Part shown: positions 44,443 to 54,930 of the stretch, in pieces | Layout of the letters: the number at the start of each line of letters is the position of its first letter | How positions within the stretch are numbered: the stretch's first letter is position 1 | Origin: Bacilli bacterium | Lineage (GTDB): Bacteria > Bacillota_I > Bacilli_A > RFN20 > DUOF01 | Direction: 5' to 3' | Length of the DNA stretch: 64,000 nt | Assembly: GCA_045118975.1 (NCBI GenBank) | Contig: JBGVCT010000003.1 | Location: forward strand, 17,780 to 81,779 | Program-made: the position numbers and the translations under genes | The notes under the pieces: generated by a model | What the model saw: only the letters and a program-made list of their open reading frames with translations | What the model was told of the DNA's origin: nothing | The model's database searches: none

Positions 44443-45324
44443 TATAAATTCTTTAACTATTGAATTATAGTCAATAGGTATGCCCTCTTTTATAGCCACA
44501 TCAATAAATTCTTCTTCATTAAATTCTAAATCTCTATCTAAAGGTTTAATCTCTTTTAATTCCTCATATAATTCTTTTACTGGATTCAAACTATAACTCT
44601 TTTGATACATTAAAAACTCATAGTCTTTATTAATAAATTTATAACAATAATTACCTACAAAATAATAAAAATCCCCTAAATCTTCTTGTCTATGTATATA
44701 TTTGTGAACTTTTAATAGCTCTTCTTTTGCTTCTTCAAATTTCTTATTTACCTTAAGTAGCAAAGCCTTAAAAAAATACGCTTCCTTTAGGAATGGATTG
44801 TATGTTTTAGCCAAATCAAACGACAATAAAGCTTCATTAGTTTTATTTTCTTCAAGTAAAATTCTACCATACATAAAATAAGCAAAACCTTTATTAAGAT
44901 CTGTATATATAATCTCTCTATCATCATCATTAATTAGATTATATAACTCTCTTTCCTCTTCGTTATCAATATATACAATATTAGCAAACTCATCATTCAA
45001 ATAACTATTAGAAAAAGATTTAATCATTGATTCCAATAATTCTTTTACTTCTTTTATTTTTCCCTTTTCAAAATATTCATTTCCAAGAGCAATTCCATAA
45101 TTAATGCTCTCATTATACTTAGCTAGCATTTCTAAATAGGCCTCTTTTTGAGGCTTATCTAGATATAATTTTTCCTTTATTAAAATCTTATCTAACAGAT
45201 TCTTATATCTTGGATGACTCTTGTATTTTTCCTTTTTTATATCAAGAATCTCTAAATTACTTTGATAGTCATTACTCAAATCTCCAAAAACATCATCAAG
45301 CAATTCTTTTATTTCCTTTTCCAT
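44431..45324 (-). CDS. TPR-like helical repeat protein
   Basis: The 297 aa product has TPR-like A/Y/F periodicity (EALLSFDLAKTYNPFLKEAYFFKALLLKVNKKFEEAKEELLK). Confidence 0.5.
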   Translation of the reverse strand: MEKEIKELLDDVFGDLSNDYQSNLEILDIKKEKYKSHPRYKNLLDKILIKEKLYLDKPQKEAYLEMLAKYNESINYGIALGNEYFEKGKIKEVKELLESMIKSFSNSYLNDEFANIVYIDNEEERELYNLINDDDREIIYTDLNKGFAYFMYGRILLEENKTNEALLSFDLAKTYNPFLKEAYFFKALLLKVNKKFEEAKEELLKVHKYIHRQEDLGDFYYFVGNYCYKFINKDYEFLMYQKSYSLNPVKELYEELKEIKPLDRDLEFNEEEFIDVAIKEGIPIDYNSIVKEFINRE

Positions 45325-45335
45325 TTAATCACCCC

Positions 45336-46166
45336 TTAAGCCTCAACTTTATAACTTAGTACATCTAATACAGTTTCTCCATCAATTTGAAGTGGTGTTG
45401 GTTTATCAAATGTCACTTCAATTACTTTCCCTTTTGTCATTCTTACATTGTTTTTATATTTAGGATGTTTTCCTTTAAATATACTTGGGAAAATAAATAA
45501 TGTTTTAAGTTTACTTCTAGAAAAATAAACTACATTAGTAAGTAACTTTTCTTCTCTATTTTGATATGGGGCAATCATCATTCCTCCCCCAAAATATCTT
45601 CCTTTCATACTTGGAGCAAGCCATACATTTTTATATTTATTAACAACCCCATCAACATTAACTATAGCATTCACCCTCTTATAAGCAAAAAGTAATCCCT
45701 TTAGTGCTATTGTAGTATAGTTTATTTTCTTTTTAGATTTAGCTTTAGCCCTATCGCCTTCCATTGTACAATAACCATCAATACCATATCCTATACCATT
45801 TATAAAATATCTAGTCATACCATTAACATATACTTTTGGTAAATTGACTAAATATTTATTTATAATAGTAAAATCCTCTTTTGCCTCAATATCATTTAAA
45901 AAATCATTTCCAGTACCCGCTCTATAAAGGTAGATATCATTATGTATATCATCCAAATCAATATCATTAATAAAATGATTAAGTGTTCCATCTCCACCCA
46001 CCAAAATAACATCATCATTGCTCGATAAATTTTCCATAAATGACTTAGCATCTAATCCAATCAAATTAATAACTTCACATTTTCCTTTAAGTTTAGTTTT
46101 AGCTTCTTCTACAGTTTTTTCGCCTCTTTTATTGTTAGAAAGTGGATTATATAATAAATACTTCAT
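45336..46166 (-). CDS. diacylglycerol/lipid kinase family protein (YegS/BmrU-like)
   Basis: It has ILVGGDGTLNHFIN and AGTGNDF. Confidence 0.8.
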   Translation of the reverse strand: MKYLLYNPLSNNKRGEKTVEEAKTKLKGKCEVINLIGLDAKSFMENLSSNDDVILVGGDGTLNHFINDIDLDDIHNDIYLYRAGTGNDFLNDIEAKEDFTIINKYLVNLPKVYVNGMTRYFINGIGYGIDGYCTMEGDRAKAKSKKKINYTTIALKGLLFAYKRVNAIVNVDGVVNKYKNVWLAPSMKGRYFGGGMMIAPYQNREEKLLTNVVYFSRSKLKTLFIFPSIFKGKHPKYKNNVRMTKGKVIEVTFDKPTPLQIDGETVLDVLSYKVEA

Positions 46167-46168
46167 AA

Positions 46169-46996
46169 TTATTCTCCTTTATCATACTCATCTAAATAAG
46201 AAATATATTTGTCACCTTTTTTATATCCTAAAATCATGTCCATATTAACATTACTAGCACTCGAGAAAATATTGCTTTCTACAAACTGATTATAAGATAT
46301 TAATTCTTTTATAAGCATCTTTGTCTTTAACCTTTGAGAACTAACCTTATCATTTTTTACCTCATCAGTAAACTTACAAGCACACTCTATAAATTCTAAT
46401 TCATTTCTTTTGCACCAACCCTTTATATCCTTCTCCCTTACTAAATATAATGGTCTAATTAATTCCATTCCCTCATAGTTATCACTATGTAATTTAGGAA
46501 GCATAGTTTGAAATGTTCCTGAATTTAACATATTCATTAAAGTTGTCTCAATTACATCATCATAGTGATGTCCCAAAGCAATTTTGTTGCACCCAAGTCC
46601 TTGAGCAATATTATATAAAGCGCCCCTTCTCATTTTAGCGCACAAATAACAAGGACTCTTAACTTGAATTGCAGCAACTTCAAATATATCTGTTTCAAAA
46701 ATTTTTGCATCAATGTTTAAAATCTCTAAATTTTCTTTTATCTTATCCAGATTCTTTTTATTATATCCCGGATTCATAACTATAAATTCAACATCGAAAT
46801 AAACATCGCTGTGTCTTTTTAATTCTTGAAATAGTTTAGCCATAACCATTGAATCTTTACCACCAGATATACAAACACAAATCTTGTCATTTTCTTTTAT
46901 GAGCTCATACTCTTTTATGGCCCTCATAAACTTACTCCAAAGCCTAGACCTGTATGTAGTTATGATACTTCTTTCTATCTCCTTATATCTTTCCAT
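46169..46996 (-). CDS. ttcA: tRNA 2-thiocytidine biosynthesis TtcA-family PP-loop ATPase
   Basis: It has the PP-loop CISGGKDS and CYLCAKMRRG. Confidence 0.8.
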   Translation of the reverse strand: MERYKEIERSIITTYRSRLWSKFMRAIKEYELIKENDKICVCISGGKDSMVMAKLFQELKRHSDVYFDVEFIVMNPGYNKKNLDKIKENLEILNIDAKIFETDIFEVAAIQVKSPCYLCAKMRRGALYNIAQGLGCNKIALGHHYDDVIETTLMNMLNSGTFQTMLPKLHSDNYEGMELIRPLYLVREKDIKGWCKRNELEFIECACKFTDEVKNDKVSSQRLKTKMLIKELISYNQFVESNIFSSASNVNMDMILGYKKGDKYISYLDEYDKGE

Positions 46997-46998
46997 AA

Positions 46999-47700
46999 TT
47001 AACTCCTTAATAAATCTTTGATTACTTCACCAGCTATAATAAGACCTGCCACAGATGGTGTAAAAGCATTACTTCCTGGAATAGCCCTTCTACCATCTTC
47101 GCCAACATTTATAACTTTCATTGGTTCCTCTTTTGAATAAACAACCTTCAATTTTTTGATATTCCTATTCTTTAATTCTTTTCTCATAACCTTAGCCAAA
47201 GGACAAACACTTGTTTTATAAATATCGCTAACTTCAAATCTAGTCGGATCCATTTTATTCCCAGTTCCCATACAAGAAATAACCCTGCACCCTTCATTAT
47301 TTGCCTTGACCACTATTTCGATTTTTCCACTTACAGTGTCAATACAATCAACCACATAATCATATTTAGTAAAATCAAATTGACTACTATTTTCAGGTAA
47401 AAAGAAAGTTTTATAAGTATTAACAATACACTTTTCATTTATACTTAAGATTCTCTCTTTTGCCACTTCCACTTTATCTTTTCCAATTGTAAAATTTGTC
47501 GCAATTATTTGTCTATTTATATTAGATTCACTTACTACATCATTATCTATTAAATCAAAATTTTGAATACCACTTCTAGCTAGTGCCTCAACAACATATC
47601 CACCAACTCCACCAATTCCAAAAATAGCAATGCGCTTATCTTTCAGTTTTTGAAATCCTTCTTTAGTAAATAGCATTTCACTCCTAATAAATTTAGACAT
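46999..47700 (-). CDS. tcdA: tRNA threonylcarbamoyladenosine dehydratase (ThiF/E1-like)
   Basis: It has the Rossmann motif IFGIGGVGGY. The ATG at 47700 follows GGAGTGG; the track GTG is at 47709. Confidence 0.8.
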   Translation of the reverse strand: MSKFIRSEMLFTKEGFQKLKDKRIAIFGIGGVGGYVVEALARSGIQNFDLIDNDVVSESNINRQIIATNFTIGKDKVEVAKERILSINEKCIVNTYKTFFLPENSSQFDFTKYDYVVDCIDTVSGKIEIVVKANNEGCRVISCMGTGNKMDPTRFEVSDIYKTSVCPLAKVMRKELKNRNIKKLKVVYSKEEPMKVINVGEDGRRAIPGSNAFTPSVAGLIIAGEVIKDLLRS

Positions 47701-47756
47701 GTAAACCACTCCTAAAAATATTTTACAAGGTTATGATAAAAATGTAAAAATTTATA

Positions 47757-48737
47757 TTAATTTATTATCCTACATTGACCCACTAAACTTTCTTTTTTTT
47801 CCTCAATTAAATATACACTAATCTTTTCTCCACCAATTTTATATAACAACGTATAGTTTTTACCCTCACCTTCTAAAGAAACATATATATCTTTTTTACA
47901 TTGGATAAAATAGTCCTCTATATGATTATTTCCCTTATTAAAAACCTTAATTGATATATATTTATCAAAATTTTTCTCACATAAAAACTTATGAAAATTA
48001 AAATCATTACCACAATCTAAAGTCACAACAACTAAAGTAGTATCTCCTTTTTTTGATGCTGTAACTAGAGTTCTTCTGGCTTTATCTGTAAATCCAGTTT
48101 TTCCTCCAATATTATATTTATAACTCGTTAATAATTTATTTTTATTCTTCCAAACACCTATTTCGCTTTTATAAGTTTTAGTGGAAATTATTCTCAAAAA
48201 AACTTCATTCTTGAGAGCATATGACATAAGGAGTCCCAAATCATAACTGGTAGATATATTTCCTTCATCCTCAATATCAAGCCCACTTGGATTATTAAAT
48301 TTAGAATTTTTCATCCCTATCTCCAAAGCCTTTTCATTCATCAAATAAACAAATCCCTCTTCACTACCACCAACATATCTAGCAATAGCTTTAGCAGCAT
48401 CATTTCCACTTCTAAGCATTAGCCCATAAACCAAATCTAGTAAAGATAAAGTATTTCCTTCTTTTAAATAGATGCTGCTTCCATATGTCTTTAAATCTTC
48501 TTTTATTATTTCTACATTTTCATCTAAGTTACCCTCTTCAATAGCCACAATAGCAGTCATAATTTTAGATACTGAAGCAACACTTCTAGCAAGATGAATA
48601 TTTTTCCCCTCTAATACATTATTAGTTAGAGAATCCATCACTATATAACTTTTATTAACGTACTGATTATATTCACTATTTGAATTTAAACTTGTTATAA
48701 CAAATAAAGAAATAAAAAAACACACAACTTTTTTCAA
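47757..48737 (-). CDS. D-alanyl-D-alanine carboxypeptidase (S11, PBP5-type)
   Basis: It has a signal peptide, SxxK (SVSK), SGN and KTGFT. Confidence 0.85.
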   Translation of the reverse strand: MKKVVCFFISLFVITSLNSNSEYNQYVNKSYIVMDSLTNNVLEGKNIHLARSVASVSKIMTAIVAIEEGNLDENVEIIKEDLKTYGSSIYLKEGNTLSLLDLVYGLMLRSGNDAAKAIARYVGGSEEGFVYLMNEKALEIGMKNSKFNNPSGLDIEDEGNISTSYDLGLLMSYALKNEVFLRIISTKTYKSEIGVWKNKNKLLTSYKYNIGGKTGFTDKARRTLVTASKKGDTTLVVVTLDCGNDFNFHKFLCEKNFDKYISIKVFNKGNNHIEDYFIQCKKDIYVSLEGEGKNYTLLYKIGGEKISVYLIEEKKESLVGQCRIIN

Positions 48738-48785
48738 AATATCACCATTAAAAGTTATGTGTTTATATTTTTATTTATGTGTTAG

Positions 48786-49310
48786 TTAATCTAAGTAATG
48801 ATCAATTCTATTTAAAAGTTTATCAGCTAAATATGTATTTGCATATCCAAGTTCACTATGAATCAAACTTCCCTCTTTTACATATCCTTCTCTTTTTTCC
48901 TTACTCCATCCTTTTGGAGCACATCTAAGATTGTAAACTCTATCAGCAAGTTTAACTATAGCAACCTCTTTTCTAAGCTTCTTAATCCTTGCAATTGAGT
49001 CAGCCATTCTAAGTTCTTTGTCAATATTTTCATTTTTACTCAAAGCACTTACCCCATCTGCTATATCCTTACCAAACTTAGAGACAATATCAAGGTAGGT
49101 AACACTAGTATCTTCCATAGTATCATGCAACATAGCAACTTTCAAAGCATAGTCTAAATCAAAATCCTTGTCCCCATTTTCATACGCTTCTAAAACATTA
49201 CTAGCAACCCCTACAATATGCGTTACATAACATACTTGTGGTTCAAACATCTTTTGTCCCTCATGGGCAATAGAGGCAAACATTAATACTTCTTCTAAAT
49301 CCTTAATCAT
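48786..49310 (-). CDS. HD-domain (p)ppGpp hydrolase-like protein (small alarmone hydrolase type)
   Basis: The 174 aa product has AHEGQ, H...LHDTMEDT and VKLADRVYNL, as in the RelA/SpoT hydrolase domain. Confidence 0.7.
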   Translation of the reverse strand: MIKDLEEVLMFASIAHEGQKMFEPQVCYVTHIVGVASNVLEAYENGDKDFDLDYALKVAMLHDTMEDTSVTYLDIVSKFGKDIADGVSALSKNENIDKELRMADSIARIKKLRKEVAIVKLADRVYNLRCAPKGWSKEKREGYVKEGSLIHSELGYANTYLADKLLNRIDHYLD

Positions 49311-49323
49311 TACTACACCTCAA

Positions 49324-51138
49324 CTATCTTTTATTGTTATTTGTATTGTTTTGAAGTTTCTTTTTTTCATTTAGTAATTCTTTTAATTGTCTTATAGCAT
49401 TCTTTAAATCACTAAATAAAATATCATATGGTTCATCACTTTCAAGATCAACACCAACTTTCTTTAGTATTGCATCTGGGTAATCATTTCCACCACTCTT
49501 TAACAATTCAAAATATTTCTCTTTCATGTTATTTTTATCATTCAAGATACATGTTGCAATATAGTTAGCGCTAGTAAAACTTGTTGCGTATTTATAAACA
49601 TAGAAAGGTCTATAAAAATGAGATATTCTAATCCATTCATATTCTAATAGTTCATCTACTTCTACAACTCCACCAAAATGCTTATCCAATACTTTGCGAT
49701 ACTCTTGTTTAATAACTGGTAAATTAACAGGAACTTCTTGCTCAATAAGAGAATGCATTTTTTCTTCAAATTCACTAAACATAGTTTGTCTAAATACTGT
49801 AGACTTAATATTTTTTATATATCTATCCAAATAATAAATCTTGTCATCGATATCTTGGCTATTTTCTAACATATACTTATTCAATAAAATCTCATTAACT
49901 GTAGAAGCAACTTCTGCTACATATATAGCATATCCTGCAGTTTCATATGGTTGATTCTTATTTGAATAATAACTATGCATCGCATGTCCTGCTTCATGTG
50001 CTAAAGTTGACATACTATTATAGTCATCAGTATTATTTAAGAAAATAAATGGATGTGTATCATAACTTCCAAATTGATATCCTCCACTAGATTTTGTATC
50101 ACTAGGATATACATCTATCCATCTTTCATTATAAGCCCTATCAAGTAAAGAAACATATTCCTCACCAAGTACTGCCAAGGCTTCTTTTACTATCTTAAAT
50201 TGAGTTTCATAATCAAATTCTTTATCTAAAGAACTTATTGAAATATATGTATCATAATATTTAAATTCATCAAGTCCTGATTCGCTCTTCAATAAAGAAA
50301 AATATTCCTTCATAACATCAACATTTTCGCTTACTTTGTTCACAAGATTGTAATAAACACCCTCAGGAATTCTACTACTCTTTAATACTGCACTTAAGTA
50401 TGAATCATGATTTCTAATTGATAAATCCGATGATCCAGACTTTAAATGATATACAAATAGTTTAGAGAATGTATGTGCAAATTGTTTATATACATCATAT
50501 AGTCCAGTATATGCTTTTTCTCTTACTTCTCTATTCTTATCGCTCATGTACAAACCATATAGTTCATCTGTAAGCTTGTACTCTTTATCTCCCACTTTAA
50601 ATGATTTGAAAGCTAAATTTGTGTCAATCAAGGTGTCATAAATATCACTGAATCCACCATCATAACTTGAAGTGATAGATAAAGCTCTCTCTTCAATTTC
50701 ACTCAATACATGCTTCTTGTTTTGAATAATAGACTCAAAGCTAATCTTATGATCCTTAAACTCTTCTTTTTCTAATAATTTCAAATAGAAGTCATCATTA
50801 TTTGCAGCAAGTTCTGGACTAATAAATGATGTAGCCATAGATAATTTATATTGTAAATTTTCAATTTTATTTAAATTAGTTTGAAATGTGTCATCTTTTA
50901 AGGCTACATCATGTCCTAAATAACTATATAAGTATAGATTCATAAACTTTCTAGAATACCATTCATTAAATTCTAAATATTCTTTTAACACTTCTTCAGT
51001 ATTTAATCTTCCTTTATATTCTTCATATTTTCCTACATTAGCCATAAGTTCTTCATAATCTTGATCCCATGCTTCTTGACTAGGATATATATCTTTTAAG
51101 TTCCACTTATACTTTTCTAAAGCTTCTTCTCTTTCCAT
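49324..51138 (-). CDS. pepF: oligoendopeptidase F (M3B)
   Basis: It has HEAGHAMH and is 604 aa long. Confidence 0.9.
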   Translation of the reverse strand: MEREEALEKYKWNLKDIYPSQEAWDQDYEELMANVGKYEEYKGRLNTEEVLKEYLEFNEWYSRKFMNLYLYSYLGHDVALKDDTFQTNLNKIENLQYKLSMATSFISPELAANNDDFYLKLLEKEEFKDHKISFESIIQNKKHVLSEIEERALSITSSYDGGFSDIYDTLIDTNLAFKSFKVGDKEYKLTDELYGLYMSDKNREVREKAYTGLYDVYKQFAHTFSKLFVYHLKSGSSDLSIRNHDSYLSAVLKSSRIPEGVYYNLVNKVSENVDVMKEYFSLLKSESGLDEFKYYDTYISISSLDKEFDYETQFKIVKEALAVLGEEYVSLLDRAYNERWIDVYPSDTKSSGGYQFGSYDTHPFIFLNNTDDYNSMSTLAHEAGHAMHSYYSNKNQPYETAGYAIYVAEVASTVNEILLNKYMLENSQDIDDKIYYLDRYIKNIKSTVFRQTMFSEFEEKMHSLIEQEVPVNLPVIKQEYRKVLDKHFGGVVEVDELLEYEWIRISHFYRPFYVYKYATSFTSANYIATCILNDKNNMKEKYFELLKSGGNDYPDAILKKVGVDLESDEPYDILFSDLKNAIRQLKELLNEKKKLQNNTNNNKR

Positions 51139-51179
51139 CTACTTTTCACCTCTATATATTTTGTAACTATATTTTTAAA

Positions 51180-52499
51180 TTAATCTGCTAAAGTTCCCAT
51201 TGGATCCCATGGATTTAAATGTATAGGCTTTGATTTTAATTGTTTCTTTTGTTCATCGCTTAAATACTTCTTATCCACAACTGCTTGATATACAAATCTA
51301 TCAAACCATGTATCACTACACATATAATATCCTTTATAAGCAACATCTCCACCCCAAGAGTTTTCTATCTTCCACTTAGTTGGTATATCATCTACTAAAT
51401 TAACACCAGTTAAAACCATCGCATGATTCATTGCACTATTTCTATAAAGTAATGATTCTTCTTTAGTTAAATTAAAATCTATTCCAAAACTTTCATTATA
51501 TGTAAACAACTTATCATCCCAATTACCTTTACTTCTATCACCATAATTAGAACAATCGCTACCAAACCAAACAATCTCCTTGTTAGTTAATTGTTTTAAA
51601 ACAAGATTTTTAAATTCTTTCATCTCAAGATTTAAATATAAAATATCTTCTCCATCAATAACATTACCAAGATAATCTACAGTATATGTTTTATTAAATG
51701 GTTTATCTTTTGTAGGAGCATTAATAATACTTACATAGTTTTTTAATACATCACCAACATAATTGCTATAGAATTCTAGTGGCATGATGTCTTTGATCAT
51801 GTGATATTCTTTATTTTTATCAACATATTCAAAATCGAACTTAGTAGGAGGCACACCAAAACAAGTGCACAATAAGTTATATGCATCCACCATAACCTTA
51901 TCTTTTAAATCTCTAATTTTATCTTCATTTTTTTCTTTTCTAATATCAGCATTAAACTTTCTAAGCATTGAATTGATTAAATAGTTCATTTGTCTAGTTC
52001 CACTACTAGCGCTTGTTTCAGGCATAGCGTCCTTACTAACTAAACCGTATTTTTCAACAACATTAACAAACATATCCCATTGTCCACCATCGGCAATACC
52101 CGTAGACAATAACCAAACTAACACTCTATCATCTTCATCTTTATTTCTAAGTTCAATTGATTTTTCTAAGATAAAATTAATCTTTTCTAGTTTATCGTAA
52201 AAAGCAACATAGTTTTGAGAAAATTCAAAGTTTTCAATATTATATTTATGACCAATAATTTCTCTTAAGAAATTAAGACCGGCAAAAATCCAACATCTTC
52301 CACTTTGCTTTTGATTAGTTGCACTCATTGTAGGAATATCCACGCTAAATCTAAATGCATCTTTCCCCTCTGCTTCTATATTATAAGTAGAGTTATTTAT
52401 ATCATTTTTTGCTATTGCTCTTCTTAGAGTAGTTAAATTAACATTCTTTTTATAATCTTTATTTGCCATTTCTAGCCATTCTTTTGTTATTTCTTTCAT
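51180..52499 (-). CDS. pepC: aminopeptidase C (C1B, bleomycin hydrolase-like)
   Basis: It has the catalytic-Cys motif QKQSGRCWIFA, NHAMVLTG and ENSWG. Confidence 0.9.
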   Translation of the reverse strand: MKEITKEWLEMANKDYKKNVNLTTLRRAIAKNDINNSTYNIEAEGKDAFRFSVDIPTMSATNQKQSGRCWIFAGLNFLREIIGHKYNIENFEFSQNYVAFYDKLEKINFILEKSIELRNKDEDDRVLVWLLSTGIADGGQWDMFVNVVEKYGLVSKDAMPETSASSGTRQMNYLINSMLRKFNADIRKEKNEDKIRDLKDKVMVDAYNLLCTCFGVPPTKFDFEYVDKNKEYHMIKDIMPLEFYSNYVGDVLKNYVSIINAPTKDKPFNKTYTVDYLGNVIDGEDILYLNLEMKEFKNLVLKQLTNKEIVWFGSDCSNYGDRSKGNWDDKLFTYNESFGIDFNLTKEESLLYRNSAMNHAMVLTGVNLVDDIPTKWKIENSWGGDVAYKGYYMCSDTWFDRFVYQAVVDKKYLSDEQKKQLKSKPIHLNPWDPMGTLAD

Positions 52500-52582
52500 A
52501 AAAACACCTCTTATAAAAAAAATTATACTCCAAAATTGTCCCGTTTTTAAATAAATGTTACGATATTTTATAGGGTGATTAT

Positions 52583-53722
52583 ATGATTTTTGATGTTAAC
52601 AATTTACCACAAGAGAGAAAAGTTTGTTTTGGTTACTATTTAAATGTACAACACATTGTTCCATTCATTGTGGGCATGATGTTTTTATTAGGTGGTCTAT
52701 TTATGGCTTTTACTGGATTATCAATTGACCCTCCTGGTAGTTATATTTTACTAGGCGTTGGAGGCACCATCGCTTCTATTGCATTGATTGCGTTTTTATT
52801 AGTTATTGCAAAAATGAGTTTCTATCCAAAAATGGTTAAGCATGGTACTAGACTATTTGTAGAAGTAGTTCATGTAGGTGAAGATTCAATGCTATTACAT
52901 GGAACTGTTGATGGAAAAGAAATATCTTATAAAGTTAATATGCCTGCTAGATTTTCTAAACTGTATGGAAAATACACATATATTCCTGCTTTTTACCATA
53001 ATGATCGATTAATGCCTGACTGGAAAAACATACCAGATTATGGAAGTATAGATGCTCCTAGTAAGGGAGAAAATACTCCAATTAATGTAGTAAAAGAAAA
53101 TGTAAATATGGCAGCTAAAGCAGCAAATGACGCCAACGTTAATACTCAATATACAAAAAATCAATTAGAGGATTCATTTAGAGGTAGATACATATCATTT
53201 ATATGCTCTAATTTTGTTATGTCAGGTTTATTATTAATCTTTTTAGGAAGAAAGATAACAGATACAATTTTAGTATTAATTAATGGTGGTGCATTTGATC
53301 CATTTGAAATGTTATTACCAACCATTATTACAATTTATATAGTTTATGCTTTATTTCTTTCTATATTAACTTTAGGTGCATTTGCAAAATATACAACTGC
53401 ATATAAAAAAGGAGAAAGAGTAGTAGCAAGCGTAAATTTCTATAGTTCTAAACACCATTACAAATCTCATAATAAATTTCTATCTCCTTTCAATCAAAAC
53501 GTAAAAGGTGGAACAATTATAGAATTTACATATTCTAATCACAATGGGGAATCTTGCAGTGGAGCATATTCATTTAATCCTGCATATTACAATGATCTTA
53601 AAGATGAAACATCTTTACCAGCAATAGTATATAAAAATAAAGTGTATCCTAACTGGGCTGGTATAGTAAGACATATAGAATTAAGAGATGAAGAATTAAG
53701 ACAACAAAGAGAAGGGCAATAA
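52583..53722 (+). CDS. membrane protein with two TM-bundle plus beta-domain modules, unknown function
   Basis: The 379 aa product has two hydrophobic segments, each followed by a soluble region (TRLFVEVVHVGED... and ERVVASVNFYSS...). This architecture resembles DUF3592. Confidence 0.5.
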   Translation: MIFDVNNLPQERKVCFGYYLNVQHIVPFIVGMMFLLGGLFMAFTGLSIDPPGSYILLGVGGTIASIALIAFLLVIAKMSFYPKMVKHGTRLFVEVVHVGEDSMLLHGTVDGKEISYKVNMPARFSKLYGKYTYIPAFYHNDRLMPDWKNIPDYGSIDAPSKGENTPINVVKENVNMAAKAANDANVNTQYTKNQLEDSFRGRYISFICSNFVMSGLLLIFLGRKITDTILVLINGGAFDPFEMLLPTIITIYIVYALFLSILTLGAFAKYTTAYKKGERVVASVNFYSSKHHYKSHNKFLSPFNQNVKGGTIIEFTYSNHNGESCSGAYSFNPAYYNDLKDETSLPAIVYKNKVYPNWAGIVRHIELRDEELRQQREGQ

Positions 53723-53800
53723 GCTCTTCTTTTTTTATAATTCTTTAGTTTCCACTATTAGAAAAATAATGTATAATACTTCTTGGTTAGGAGGGTTTAT

Positions 53801-54529
53801 ATGGAAAGATTGCAAAAAATAATTGCGCAGGCTGGTATTTGTTCAAGAAGAAAAGCAGAGGAACTTATAAGCGAAGGAAGAGTTAGCGTAAATGGAAAAG
53901 TTATAACAGAGCTTGGATTTAAAGCAGATATTAGCGATAAAATTACCGTAGATAATAAACCAATATTTAAAAAAGAAAAATTAGTTTATCTTGTATTAAA
54001 CAAACCAAGAAATACGGTTGCTACAGTTAAAGATGATAGAGGAAGAAAGACAGTTTTAGATTGTATTGAAAATGTTAACAAAAGAATTTATCCTGTAGGA
54101 AGATTAGATTATGATACTACTGGCGTTCTTTTATTAACAAATGATGGAGATTTAGCAAATAAATTAACTCATCCTTCTAGTGAGATCGATAAAGTATACA
54201 TTGCTACAATAAAAGGTGAAATCACCAAAGATGATTTAGCTAAACTTGAAGAAGGCGTGGAATTCGATGGTAAAAAATCTTCTCCATGCAAAGCAGTTTT
54301 AAATAAATACAACAAAGATAAAGACAAATCAATTGTAGAACTAACAATTCATGAAGGAAGAAATCACCAAGTAAAAAAAATGTTTGAAGCTATTGGTAAA
54401 GAAGTTATTAAACTTCATAGAGATTCTTTTGCAGGAATATCTAGCAAAGGTTTATATGAGGGACAATCTAGAAGACTTACTGAATCAGAACTAAAAGAAC
54501 TTAAAAAATTAGTACAAAAAGAAAAATAG
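53801..54529 (+). CDS. rluB: 23S rRNA pseudouridine synthase (RsuA/RluB family)
   Basis: It has an S4 domain (RLQKIIAQAGICSRRKAEELI) and the catalytic motif GRLDYDTTG. The ATG follows AGGAGGG, and a TATAAT lies at 53772-77. Confidence 0.9.
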   Translation: MERLQKIIAQAGICSRRKAEELISEGRVSVNGKVITELGFKADISDKITVDNKPIFKKEKLVYLVLNKPRNTVATVKDDRGRKTVLDCIENVNKRIYPVGRLDYDTTGVLLLTNDGDLANKLTHPSSEIDKVYIATIKGEITKDDLAKLEEGVEFDGKKSSPCKAVLNKYNKDKDKSIVELTIHEGRNHQVKKMFEAIGKEVIKLHRDSFAGISSKGLYEGQSRRLTESELKELKKLVQKEK

Positions 54530-54553
54530 TCACGAATTTGTGACTATTTTTTT
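54527..54553. terminator. bidirectional rho-independent terminator
   Basis: Hairpin TAGTCAC-gaattt-GTGACTA, flanked by T7 on the plus strand and T5 on the minus strand. Confidence 0.65.
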
Positions 54554-54930
54554 CTACTATTTCTTATATAATCTTGGACTTCTTCATCCATTTTTATTTC
54601 TTTTATTATTTCTACAGCGTGATCCTTATACCATTTTGTAAATTCATTAACACTTGAAAATTCTTTAGCACCTTCTTTTTCTTCGATGATTCTATTACAC
54701 TCTAACTCATATAAAGTCATATCATCTTCACAATAAAGTTTAAATCTTATCGAATAAGCCCTTCCTTGACTTTTTCTAGAGGCGTTAATCGCCTTAGTAA
54801 TCTCGTGAATTGCAACCAAAGATTTTTTATCTTCATAAATTCTTTTTGGGTCTTGGTTAATTATTGCCATGATATTTTCTTTTCTTTTTGAAACACTTGG
54901 AGTTTCTATAACTACAAACTTATCTGCCAT
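54544..54930 (-). CDS. hypothetical protein (128 aa), paralogue of 55015-55362
   Basis: It shares the pattern KFV.[IL]E.P...K....NI..II.Q.P......[KR]..L..I.....IN..RKS..G.Y...F...F..WY with its neighbour. Confidence 0.6.
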   Translation of the reverse strand: MADKFVVIETPSVSKRKENIMAIINQDPKRIYEDKKSLVAIHEITKAINASRKSQGRAYSIRFKLYCEDDMTLYELECNRIIEEKEGAKEFSSVNEFTKWYKDHAVEIIKEIKMDEEVQDYIRNSRKK

